Positions 46,877 through 59,544 of a stretch of DNA of 64,000 nt are shown here, in pieces. Source of the DNA: Geosiphon pyriformis uo1 (taxonomy: Eukaryota; Fungi; Glomeromycota); NCBI GenBank assembly GCA_016748015.1, contig JAAOMT010000183.1:636787-700786 (forward strand). Direction: 5' to 3'. Position 1 is the first letter of the stretch; every line of letters starts with the position of its first letter. The notes beneath the pieces were generated by a model. That model saw nothing but the letters and a program-made list of their open reading frames with translations, had not been told where the DNA came from and made no database searches. The position numbers and the translations under genes are program-made.

Positions 46877-49800
46877 GTGGCAGAATCAGAAAAAATAGGA
46901 ACAAACCATTTAAGATTTACCAAATCTTTGTTTCAGCATTATTATCAACACTTGGGATTAATCAACAATTACCTATTAGCAGAATTCATCTTCAATTTTT
47001 ACATCAACAAGAGAATCTTATATTTGCTAAGAGTACCAGTAAAAACTGATTCAGCAAAAGAAAATTTTTACAACAAACTAATTCAAAACACCAGCCTACT
47101 AGCAAATCATAATTTCACAGCAATTTTTACTGAAATCAATAGAGAAATTGAACATTACACTCAACAAAGATACCCAATTATCTACACAAACAAAGACAAA
47201 GAAAAATTACAAATATCAGCAGTAATTTCTCAAAGAATACAACCACCTACTTGGAAGAAAACAAGAGTAGAATCTCCAATCAATCTATCATATCACTATA
47301 TACTCAGAAGCACCATTAATATTTTATTACCAGACATGTCCACCTCAAATGTAAAACCAGCAGTAACCCAAATTTCATTTCAAAATAAACAAAAAAAAGC
47401 AGAATTATTAGAAACCTATAATGATTATTTTGAAGGATTTAAATTGTGATTACCAATACCATTAAGATTTTAATCACTGCACTGCAAGTTATTCTATACT
47501 TTCTCCAAAATACTGCTAACTCATAATATCAAAGCTTGGCCAACAAACTTTAAAATTTTAATACATTCAAGCTTAAGTTCCTATAATATTTTAGCAATAA
47601 TAATAGTATTAATTGCTTAGCCAATATCTTCACCACTATTAAACAAGAAGAATCTGAAGCAATCACTACTTACTTAGGACACTTCTACAGAAACTTGCAC
47701 CAAATTCAAGTTATCAATGCCAATTATTTTACTATAGCCCAAATTTTAAATCAGTTTATTCACAGATTATGCAGTAGCATCCTACAATGCATATGCTCAT
47801 TATATCTAGCTAACCTTCAAGCCACAATTACTTATGTCAGAGATTTTGAAACCACCAAATTAGAAGCCAATCATGTTTAAGCCATAAATTTAGTAATAAA
47901 TAGATCATCTGACTTGGATTCTAAGTTAAAGCAATTCAGTAACTTAATCAATCAGAAATTAGAGAGATACTTAACTAACAATTAAGTCATTTATCAATCT
48001 TCACAATGACGCAATAATTAAAGAAATGTGAATTGTTCCCAACATTAGTTACATCTATCATCATCCACCAATCAGCAATGGCAAACTGAAATGCATAGTT
48101 GCCACTATTGTGGTAAACAAAAACACTTACAAATTAACTGTTACAACTACTTAAATGATTAATGATCAGGAAATCAATATTAAAACCCCAATTACCAGTT
48201 TTAAACTCTGAATTATCAACCAAATCCAGAATCATATCAACTGAATTACCTACCAATAACACAGCAGCCAATTTATTAACCATCTATTTATCAAACTTCA
48301 GCACCAGTTGTTTATCAACTACATCCACAAATAATTTATCAATCTTAACAAATCCAAACACCACCACAAATGACAATGTCTACTGGAAATTAAAGACCAA
48401 AAACTAGTCAACAAAACTGGAAATCGGCAATAATAGTTTATCAACCAATTCCCAGTTCATCAACTCCATAATCAAGACCATGCCAGTAGAATTTGGGAAC
48501 TAGGTACACCCAAAATCCGAATTTTTAGAACTATTTAAGCCTTCTTGTAACCTCAGAAAATATCCAAACCAACAATTAAAAAACTAACTAAATGTCACTT
48601 ACCAATAACATCTTATTAGCAACTGTTACCAATAACAAATTATTAGCAGCAATTTTTCTCTTCAAAATAGAGGAACCAGCAAAAACACCTCTTTTTAGTG
48701 AAGTCATTCTTAATGCAAAACTCATCACTACAATATACACTAATGCCAAAGTTGATGGTTAGTTTATTAAACTGATTCTTGATAACAGATCAGCAGACAG
48801 CATCATCACATAACAACTTATAAACCAATTAAGTTGCCAAGTTTATTGCACTGTCAGTGCCAGAATTATTACAGCTAATGGAGTGACCAAAACTCCTATT
48901 GGTGAAATAAACAACTTCCTTTTTGAAGTCAATAGCATTATCACTTCTATCAAAGTCTTAGTAATAGAAGCAACTCAATATTAAGCATTAGTTGGCAACA
49001 ACTGGTTGTTCAAAACCAATGCAGTACTTGATTGGACCATGTAGAAGCTCCAACTCAGTCAGAACAGTTAGCACACACATGTATCAACCACATGTGGCCA
49101 CTTTTAGACAAACACTATACCAATACTACTTATAGAATTGGAAGAAAAAGAGAACAAATCTACTTGAGAAGCTTATCAAGTGTTATAAGCTAAAGATGAC
49201 TACAACAAACTACTGCCAATTTTAATCTAGAAAGACAAAGAAAAAAAAAAGAAAAGAGAAAAAGAACTCACTTAAGCTACCACCTCCATTTACATTTTAT
49301 ATACTACACCTCAATCCAACTATTATCGACCAAAGTTAGTATGTATCAACTGTGACAAATTGTTATTAATGGGTGCATGTTGTGGTAATAATGAAGAATA
49401 GCCAACAGCAACAAAGTTTTATTGTTGTTTTTGTGTTCTTGAATGATTTAGACAACCAAAAAGGCAAGAAAAGTGAGACAATAAATTATGTTTCACTTAT
49501 GGAGAGACTCTATTAGATAAAAGAATATGGAACAACATTCCTAAATAAAGAGAAACTTGTGACAAATTGTGCTAATACATGATTCTAATTAGTGACTGGA
49601 TAAGAAAAAAAACTCCCATAGAAGCCATCTGGAGAAAAGCAGTCAAATGACTGGATGGTTGTCCACATGAAAATAACAAAATTTGGCATATAGCACTCAC
49701 CAAAATCAAAAAAACATTATCAGAAGAAATAAAAATGATCAAAAACAACCCACCAGAATCCATAAAACTCAATTGGGACCCAAACTCAAATACTGTTCTA

Positions 49801-50819
49801 GACTTTATATATTCAAATCAATTTTATAAACATTACCAAAAATTAGCATCCACTAAAGAAAAACAAAAACAATGTTTGGAGCAATTGAATACTTGATTGT
49901 GTCAACACTGCTTAATTTCCTATAACTTTCAATATTGTAATGAGTATAATCTTATTTACAATCTACTATTACAAATAATCTACATAATTCCAGAGAAAAA
50001 AAAACCAATTAGCAGCTGTGTATCAGAATTGGAATTGATGTTCAATTCTAATTTGAACTTTAACAAAGATAACAACAAAAACACCAGTTCCAGCTCTGTT
50101 TAAATGGGCAATAACAACAACAATAATCTAGACTCCAATTCAAATTCCAAACAATACATTGCACTTCCTAATTTTTTTAAAGAACAGGAACTCAAATAGT
50201 TTAGCAATAATAATAAAGGTATTATGCCAGAACACGTGCATAATACCAATGCAGAATTTGATCTAAGATATCCTGAAAAAAATGTCATCAAATTGAAACC
50301 ACATTTACACACTTGCATTGATCTGAAAGTAATATTGGAAATTCTAGCAACAACAATGATTCAACTAACATTCAGGAGTAGTTTAGCAAAAAAGGAAATC
50401 AATATAAAAGGATAAATAATTGATGCAGAATACATAGAAAATATTATTGCAATACTACAAAATAACTTACAAAAAATACATCATTGAACCAAATGAAAAA
50501 ATAGCATAGGCAATATTTTTACTTCTGGTTAAGATAACTCAGTTAGTATTAGTAAAAAACAAAGAAGAATTAAGAATAACAGCTAAAAGAATAAGTGAAT
50601 TCAGATCCACAAGTAAAATAGATGTACTAGTTAACATGACAGAGAAAAAAGTTATTGACAAAGGAGAAATTATCTCCACCTGTCAATTAATTTCTATTTT
50701 ACCATATAATCAGTACATGTTAGCCATAGAAAGAAAAGTAAAAAAGCAGGCTCAAATGTTTGAAGCAGAAACTACAATTTGTGAATTAAAAAAAATTAGA
50801 CTTATTAATCTGTACATAT
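46877..50819 (+). pseudogene. gag-pol: D2 gag-PR-Cys-rich-dUTPase, heavily mutated
   Basis: ORF fragments homologous to D1; dUTPase about 50224-50615. Confidence 0.85.
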
Positions 50820-51788
50820 TGTTATCAGATGAAATTAGAAATATTGTTTAGCATGAAATTATCCTTATAAATCTTATCATTAATTAGCATATATTATCAT
50901 TCAAATTATCACATATTACATTAGCAAAATGTCCAAAATTATCATTTAATTAATAACCCAATTTGTATATAACACAAATGTAACTTAAGTACAATGATTA
51001 ATCATGCAATACCCCAAAATATGTAACATTCAAAAGTTTGCTGAAATTTGTAGAAATTCACTGAAATAATTGATAGTTTACTGAAATATCTAATAGTTCA
51101 CAGAAATAACTTGTAGTTTGCCGAAATGTATCTTTAGTTCAGCGAAATTGTAGAAAAGAGCAAAGTTCAAGTTTATAGAATAGTGTTATAACAAGTTGTA
51201 TAAAAGAAGAGCTTCTCTCTTTAAAAAAATGTATCTTACTTTAGATTTACCTCTGAGAACTGTTTCTATACACACAAAAAAAAAAATATCAAATAATTCG
51301 AAAACCCAAATTCTTTAATTATTGTATTTGGAAAATCCTCAAAACCCAACTAACATTTTGAAATTAATTAGCTACCAATTTCAGTAAAACTGTTAGTGAT
51401 TCCAGGCCTGGATAGAAAACGTTCCCCTTGACAGAATTCTATTTCTTTTACATTTTTTTTATTTTCTTTCTTTTATCTTCTTATTATAATCATTAGGGTA
51501 GTCTACAGACAAGATTCCTGTAGAAAAGTTGACTTTCACAGCAAAGTAACTACACATTTTAGTGAGCTTCCAGACAAACAATTCCTGGAAAAGAGTTGAC
51601 ATTTACTACAATGTAACTACACAAAGCAACTGGCATGAAATTGGCCATTTTACTTATAAGCCCATTATAGGAGATAATTTGAAGATAAATTCAGTTATCG
51701 GAGGTTCAAACACTTCTCATAATTGTGAATTAACAGCATTACAATAAACATACAAAAGCTAAAAAGAAACCAAAAACCTTCAGTAACA
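50820..51788 (+). repeat. 5' LTR of A3
   Basis: TGTTAT...GTAACA; reverse complement of the A2-type LTR; TATAAAAG near 51200. Confidence 0.92.
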
Positions 51789-51947
51789 TTTGGTGCTTTT
51801 CCACAGAAACAACACAGCAAAAACAACTTCAAAGTGGCGACTACACTAGATGCAACAACTCTAAAGTATTACCAGTCAATTTACACCCACTGCAAGCAAA
51901 GATTCAACATTCTAGACGGAATTAAAATTGTCAAGAAATCAGTATAC

Positions 51948-53051
51948 TATTACGGATAAACTTGGTGGGTATGGGAAATAGTAACGTTTGGTGCTCTCAA
52001 TTATTGATGATGTATCTTCCACATAATTCTGTTGGCTTAGTCTTGATTATCAGTCTCTAAAGATCTATTCCTGGATGTGAATTTTACCTGTTGAGTTTTT
52101 TGGTTATAAGGCACAGAGTTTGTTTTTCATCGATTGCAATGTTTTTCGTAAATGTGAGCTTTCTTTTCCAAGCTAACAAGCGCAGTCGTTAGAGTCTGGT
52201 GTTGTTTTTTCACCCTTCTGGTAAGCTAACAAAATAATGTTAATATCCAAAACTTAGGGAGAGCTTCCCTCTTTTACCAGGCTATCATGAAGTCTATTCT
52301 CAGACAGTCAATTTTACTATGTTGCCACTCCACAAAAAATTAAGACAGAAAAAGAAAGAAAAAGAAAAAGAAAAGAAAAGAAAAGAAAAGAAAAGAGAGA
52401 AAAGATAAATTAGTATTGTCCATCACTGTGATCAAGAGTAATTGGTCCAAATCATTAATAGATTCGAGACGGTTATGCTAAGAGCATCTGTTCTAGAATG
52501 GAGATATGAGACAAGAGTTAATTCACGTAAATTTCACGAAGTTCGAGAACATGAATTCATGATTCTGATTTCTTTTAATAATTGATTTATTTCAGGAGAT
52601 AAAATAGGGAAGATAATAAAGGATGAAGAGGTATGGATATTTTAATTTCTGGTCTAGAAGTTCGTATCTATTTTTTCTTCTCTGTCTTTTCTCACTTCTA
52701 CAACTACTTGCTTTTATACATTCTTTTGGTTTTACAGGATTGCTTTCAATTGTCTTGCTATTGCTAGCTATTGCTTTGTTGTTTCTGTTATTGCTTCGTT
52801 TTTCTACATTATCATTAGTTATTCTATGTTATAACACATTATCTGATGTTATTACATGTTATTTTGTGTTATTCTGCGTTATAACACGCTATCCTACATT
52901 ATTGCGTGCTATTCTGTGTTATCCTGTGTTATAACACGTTATTCAATATTATAACATGTTATTCAATGTTATTGCGCGTTATTCTGTATTATGTCACGTT
53001 TTTGGTCACGTTTTTTTATAACTTTGGATCGGTTTTTTTACTTGGGTAACA
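51948..53051 (-). repeat. 3' LTR of B2
   Basis: Direct repeat of 59545-60643; PPT AAAAAGAGAGGGA adjacent. Confidence 0.94.
52818..52990. repeat. About 10-11-bp TGTTAT-based tandem repeats in B-family U3 (also about 43050-43260 and 60397-60585)
   Basis: Repeated TGTTATTCTG / TGTTATAACAC units. Confidence 0.85.
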
Positions 53052-53065
53052 TTATCCCTCTCTTT

Positions 53066-53799
53066 TTAAAATTGACCTTTTGCAAAACCATATGTATCTG
53101 TTATCGTGGCTTCGTTTGTGTAATGTTCGATTGTTGTCTCAAGTATTGCCTTTTGTAGGTCTTCAAACTGTTGATTGGTTATTCATTCTATGCTGTTAAC
53201 CATTATGGTTTTCATAGATCCGTTCAGTAGTACATTTGGACAATGTTGGAAGGTGGCATATAGTCAGTATGCTGCTTTGTAATGTAGGGTCAGGTTGTTT
53301 TTCCCTACAAATTTTTCTACTTGTTGTATTGCTTTTTTGTTGAACGTTTTCTGGCTGAGGTCTTCGTATGGTGTTTTCAAGTCAAGCTATTCTCCAATTT
53401 TGTAGAACCAATAAGCTGGAGGAAGTCTTTCTTTCTATTCTTGGGCATTGTCAGGTGTCTACTCCCCTGTTTTAGGGAGTTCGGTCCACGAGCTAAAGCT
53501 TGTTTTATTTCTTTGAGCTTGGGGACCAAGTATCTTCTTTTGTAACCTTTTTCTCATTCTTTGCCTTCTTCTTTTCCACCCCCTGCCTGAAGGCAATTTT
53601 TCTTCCCACATTGCCTTTTGGGTGGTGAGTAGGGGAGGGAATGTTTAGTTCTAATTGAACTCTCGTCCTCCCCTCTCCTGCTCTTATCTTTGTACTGTAT
53701 CTCTTTTTTATCAATTGTTATTTCTATTTGAGATGTCAATTTTTGAATTGTTTTAAATAATTGTTTAGATAATTTTAAAATTTGATTTGAAAGGTCCAT
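53066..53799 (-). pseudogene. B2 ORF3, unknown accessory protein (frameshifted)
   Basis: MDLSNQILKLSKQL...IEITI; C-terminal FVGKNNL..KAAY.LYATFQHC..ITNQQFEDLQ. Confidence 0.68.
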
Positions 53800-53879
53800 G
53801 TTAAAATTTCTATTGTTTTTTGCTGCTTTTCGGATGCTATATATATTTGAATTCCCCAATTTAATTTGCTGCCTGTTGT

Positions 53880-55247
53880 CTATGTTTCGATGACGATGAT
53901 TGGTTCCAAATCTTGTAGTATATCTTCTGGTCTAATTAATGAAATTTGTGTTCCTAGTTGAGGTACTGATGACGATGATTCCTGTTTTACATGATAAATT
54001 TTTAACCAATTTCCATGTGCTACTTTCTTTAAAATCCTGTCTTCCAATCGTAATTTGTAAGCTCCATTTCCTAATGCTTCATGTATGTGGAATGGACTGT
54101 TCCACTTTGGGTCGAACTTTCCACTCCACTGTTTCTTAGCTTTTGTATGATGTAATAGTATTTGGTCTCCAATCTTGAATTCCATTGGTTGTTCTGACAG
54201 GTGTTTATCATGTCTTTCTTTTTGTTGTTCTTGAACATGACTAATATTGTCAGCTGCTGTTCTTCGATTGTTTTCTAATGTTTCCATTAGCTGGTACGTT
54301 CTTTGGTGTAAGGTAGTCTCAAAATTCTCTTCATTGATTGTTTTTGTTGGGTATGACGGTATCACTCGTTCAATCGGTAACGTAGCTTTTCTTCTATAGA
54401 CTAGTTCGAATGGTGTGAACTGAGTCATATTTTGTTTCAATGTTCGGTATGCAAAGAGTACAGAAAGTATAAATAAGTCCAATTCTTGTCTGTTTTTATG
54501 ACTTATTTTTGCTAGTGCTTTGCACAGTGTTTTGTTAAACCGTTCTACCAGTCTGTTTGTTTGTGGGTGGTATGGTAATGATAAGGGTCTCTTTATTCCA
54601 AACCGTTGGCTTAGTTTAGTCAGCGTATTATTAACGAAGTGTGTTCCCTGATCAGATAATAATTTTTTCGGACATCCATGTTGGCAAATTAAGTCTTGAT
54701 GCACAAATTCGGTGACTGTTTTGGCATTGGCCACTTGGATTGCTCTGGCTTCTGGCCATTTTGTAAGATAGTCTACAGCTACAGCGATATAGTGATTTCC
54801 TTGGGATGTAATTGAAAGAGGTCCAACCAAATCGATCCCAATTCTATCAAATGGATTTCCAACTGGAATAGATCGAAGTGGTTCTGTTGATCTTGCTCCT
54901 CCTCTTTGCTGGCATGCGTCACAATTGAGCACATATTCGAAAATATCTTTGTGCATTGTTGACCAATAGTATAAGTTTAGTGTTCTTTCAAGGGTACCGT
55001 CTTTGTTAAAGTGTTCTGCAGTCAGATCTGAGTGCATGCTATATAGTATAGTTTCTCTTTCACTGTTCATGATTAGTTGTTGTGGATTGGGGTGGTTTCG
55101 GTGTTCTCGTCGATATAGTTGGTTGTCTTGAATAAAATAATTTCGGGCTTGTTTTTGTATGGTACTCTGTTCCTGTTGAGATAATATCTCTTTGAAACAT
55201 AGTGTCAATAGGTACTGATATAGTTGTTAATAAGTGAGTGTGTCCAT
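53880..55247 (-). pseudogene. int: B2 integrase (separate ORF, nearly intact)
   Basis: 442-aa open frame with HHCC, IGIDLVGP, SDQGTHF, LVERFN, KWNSPF; one stop near the N-terminus. Confidence 0.93.
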
Positions 55248-55257
55248 GGGTCTGGGA

Positions 55258-58200
55258 TTAGGTTTGTGGCATTCTCGACAAACTGTCAGCATTGGTGTTC
55301 TTGGATCTTTCTTTGTAATGGACTTTGAATGGGAATTGTTGCAGATAAGTACTCCATCTTGCATATTTTCCTTCTAGTTGTGGATTGTTGAGTAACCAAA
55401 TAAGTCTTTTGTGATTGGTATATAGGTCAAATGGTTGACTGAGATAATGTTTCCAAGTCTGTATGGCCCAATAAATGGCAAAACATTCTAAATCTGTTGT
55501 GCTGTAATTTTTTTCTGCTGGGCTAGTGCTGTGACTAGTGTAGGCAACTGGGTGTTCTCTATTGTCTGGTCCTATCTGTAATAAGACTGTTCCTAGAGCA
55601 TTTTTCGAGGCGTCCGTAGCGACAATGAACTGTTTAGTGAAATCTGAGTAAATCAGAATTGGGGATATGATCAATCGCTGCTTGAGATAGTCGAATGCTT
55701 TTTGTTGATTTTCCTTCCACAAGTATGGTACATATTTGGACAACAATTGATGGAATAGTTTTGTGATGTTCGAGAAACCTTTGACAAATTGATGATAATA
55801 TCTTGCTAATCCTAGAAATCCTCGTAATTCTCTAAAGTTGATTGGGGCTATAATGATGGGTGATTGTCCAGAGTATCATAGGTCGAAACCAGCATTGGTG
55901 TCATGTACTTTTTTGGGGCAGATTTTTTCCTCATTGTTGTTGTACCATTTTAGCTCTAGTTCTTTGGATAGGTCAGGATACGCAAGATACTGTTCTGTTT
56001 CAGTATCCTCAGTTGGATCTTGAAATGATATGTCCTCAGTGATCAATACCTCTTCTTCGGGTTCAGGTAGTTCGGTGATTGGAAACAGTATTCTTGGAGG
56101 TGGATTGAACATGAGATCACATTCATCGCAGTACTGAAAGTGACAGGGGATCAAACAGTGATCACATAGTTTGGTATTCAAATCGGCCAACCTTTGCTCC
56201 TGTTCCTTGCAAATCGGGGCCAATTCTTGATATTGGTTCTGAAATGCATCTGGGTCATCTGTGAAGAAATCATCCTTAGGATAGTTGGGTCCAGTATATT
56301 TGGGCATCCAAGAGTTGTCCTTAATTTCTCGTATTTTTTCGGGTGTGGCGCCTTTGGCCTTGGCACTTGCCATTCTCCAGATTTTGTGGTCATCATGTGG
56401 ATAACCATCTAGCCTGTTGAATGCTTGTTTTCAAGTGTCCTTGATGGGAGTTCTCTTTCATATCCAATTGTTGATTAATATGGTGTATTGACAAGCTTTG
56501 TTGCATGTTCCTCCTCTGTCAGGCACATCATTCCAAAGTCCTTCATCTGGCAAGATTTTGCCACATGTAAGGCATGGCATGTGGTCCCACTTGCCTTGTC
56601 ATTTTGGTCATCTAAATCTTTCCAGTAAACAAGGCCTACAATAGTATTTGGTGGCGGTGGGCCATTCTTTGTTGTCCCTAATACATGCACCCATAGTGGA
56701 TAGTTTTTTTCCACAATCAACACATATTAGTCTTGGGGATTGGTAAAATAAGTTTCTTTGGTCCAAGGTTACGTATCCTAGTGATGATGATTGGGGTTTT
56801 TCTTTGGCTCTGCCTTTTCTTTTTTCTTCCCAGGTTGGTGGTGGAGTTAGTTCAGTTCAATAATCATCCGTCCATGAAACCTGATAGGTCTCGATGGTTG
56901 ATGGCATTGATGTGTTTTCGAATTCAATAAGGAGTTCCTCAGTATGTTGGTTTTTAAAGTGTTCGCACGTAGTTGGAACTCAGACATACTGTCTATTGAA
57001 CATGAGTTGAAGTTCTTGGGTGTTCCAGTCGAGAGTAGCATTGGCTTTTGACAACCAGTCATTTCCTACTAGAGCTTGATATTGAGTAGATTCCATGACG
57101 AGTACTTTGGTAGGGATTTGGATTCCATTAATCTTGAAGGGAAAGTTGTCAATTTCTTCTATTGGGGTTTTTGTGTTCCCATCCACTGTAATAATCCGGG
57201 CGGTAGCAGCACAGTCTACTCGGCGACCTAGTTGGTCTATGAGCTGCTTTGTGATTATGCTACCGGCTGATCCGCTATTCAGGATTAATTTAATGTCTAT
57301 TCCTCCAACTCTGGCATCAATGTATAGGGCCGTTATTGGTTTATCCTGATTGATGGCTGCTCCACTAAAAAGACTATGTGTGTTCAAATTATCAATGTCA
57401 AAAGGAAATATGGCGGCTAGGGTGGTGTCTTCAGTAATAGTGGCTGGTGGAATATTGCTTTTTGTTTGCTTGGAAGGTTGAGAGATTTGTTTTATATTCC
57501 CCTCTTCCACAGGTGTAGATTTATCAAAACTCTGGTCTTCCATAAGACTGAGATAGGAAGCTTGATTCAGGTATCCAGTTGGTGTTGGTCGAGATTGGGC
57601 AGGACTGCGAGAGATTGGTCGAGATAGTCCACTGTTGGTTTGCACCTGATTGTTGTTGGGATTCCTCCATCCCTGATTATAGTCTATAGCTTGAAGTCTG
57701 GACAGGCTGTAAGGGGAAGTTTGATAGTGAGAGATTGCTTGTGTCATTGGTGGTGGTTGATAATAATTCTGGGGTGGTGTACGGGACTTGTTGTGCATAT
57801 AGGGGTGGTTGATTCTGAGATATGGAATATTGGGATACTATGTTTTGCTGATATTTGGGTTGCTGGTATGGGTTTTCTTGATTTTGGTTCATGATCTTCC
57901 TTCTGTAGTCACGGGCAATGTGTCCAGGTTTTTGGTAGTAGTAGCAGTTGTGGGGATCGGATCTCCAAGGTTGTTGCTGTTGCTGACAGTTCTGTTGCTG
58001 TGAGTATCTGCTGTTGTTGTTATTTTCTCTCCATTGGGGTGGTTGGTAAGTTTCTGTAGTTCCGGCTAAGAATTCCTCAATTTTTTGAGTTAGTTTCTCA
58101 CTCAATTGGGTTATCTTTGCATTGATGTCAGAGGTTCCGTTAATGGCTAAATTAATGGCTTGGGTATGGTTCACTTCTTGTTCTGCAGACTCAAAATCAT

Positions 58201-59482
58201 GAGCAAGAGTAATGGCGTCTTGTAAACTGATTGGATGGTGGGGTCTTACAGATCTTAGAATACTACTCCACAATCTTTTAATGAATTGATTAAGAACTTG
58301 CGCCATGATGTAGTAGTCTCTTTTGATAGCTAATATTTGATGCAGGATTTGATTGAATTGTCTGAGATAAGTAGTTACTGCTTCGTGATCTTTTTGTTTA
58401 ATTATGCTGAATTGATTCTGCAATTGGATTAACGTATTGGGGTCACAGAAGTATTGTAGAAATGCGAGTTTAAACTTGGTAAAGGAGGTAGGCTTCTCTG
58501 CCAGGCTCTGGTATCATGAATTGGTAGTTCTGGTCAGAAAAAATGGCAGTGCTTGAACTGTGTGGTCATTGTTCTAACCATTAGCAGTAATTGCTTTCTT
58601 GGCATCCACAATCCAAGAATATGCGTTATCTTCTTCACCAGAGAATTTTTCCAATTTAGCGATATCCCAGTAAGCCATGATCTGGTTAATGGGTGGGGTA
58701 TTACTGGTTATGTTTAAAGAGATTGGTGTCCACGTATTCGAGTGTTCTCCGGGTGCTAATGCTGGTTGCTTTCCTTTGTTACTTGAACCAATAGGTTGTA
58801 AGATAGCTGTTTCTTTTGTTAGGGAAGATGCTGATTCTGCTAGGTTTTGTGCTGGTGGCTGTTTCCAAGTTGACGGGTTTCTTTCTGTTTAACCAGCTGC
58901 TGGGGTAAGATTTCCAAACAGTGATCCGTATTTTCCTAGTGATTTGGTCTAACTGTGTTGATTCCAAGGGTGTGGATTTCCAGGAGTTCGTGGTGTTTCC
59001 GACTGGGTTTCCGGAGGTGAGTTGAATACAATTCTACTTTGGGGTGTCTGATGGTATAATGGAGTTGTTGGGGAGAGGACCCTTGGTTTCTTGTTGACCA
59101 TGGACTTGGCTTGGGCAGTTACAGGGTTGTTGAATTCGTTTTCGTATTCCTCAGGGTCAGATTTCACTGGTTGTTATACTTGAGGGAATTGTTGTGCCAC
59201 GTAATATTTAATGTCTGTATCAATTATGCGCAGAGTTTCAGCGATTGCTCGGGTAGTCGTGACTGTTAAGTACTCTAGTAAGCTTTGATGGATTTGTTCT
59301 CCAAGTCTTCTTGTATTAGTTGTGCGGTCTAACAAGCAGTCAATTTTTGCGTTAATATAGTTACAAAAATCACTTTCTGTGTAAGTGATTCCTGCTGGTA
59401 TTCCTAAGTCTTTTCGAAAGTATTGAAATAGTGCTTTTCCGTATGAGGAGTAGTCCTTTTCTATTGTTTTAATAGTCACCAC
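55258..59482 (-). pseudogene. gag-pol: B2 gag-PR-Cys-rich-partial dUTPase fused in frame to RT connection-RNase H
   Basis: Capsid, knuckle, LILNSGS, AGFDL, then INFRELRGFLGLA and RNase H TDAS...ADSLSRMPQT*. Confidence 0.9.
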
Positions 59483-59524
59483 TTTTATGTATTTTTGGGG
59501 GTGCTCTGTCTCTGTGGATTTATA

Positions 59525-59542
59525 ACCTCATAGGGAGCACCA
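59525..59542 (-). promoter_or_regulatory. Primer binding site of B2
   Basis: TGGTGCTCCCTATGAGG next to the LTR. Confidence 0.85.
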
Positions 59543-59544
59543 AA

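Larger units (their letters stand above)
46182..50819 (+). mobile_element. D-related element D2 (partial 5' LTR 46182-46814, PBS, gag-PR-dUTPase); outermost and most degraded
   Basis: LTR end GTAACA plus TTTGGTGCTCTCTGTG; proteins homologous to D1; part of gag deleted near 47480. Confidence 0.88.

Noticed and set aside
52623-52934. Hydrophobic ORF (and its copy at 60205-60546) resembling a membrane protein
   Set aside because: It is antisense to the element inside the B LTR, made of T-rich and TGTTAT repeats, and repeated only because the LTR is duplicated.
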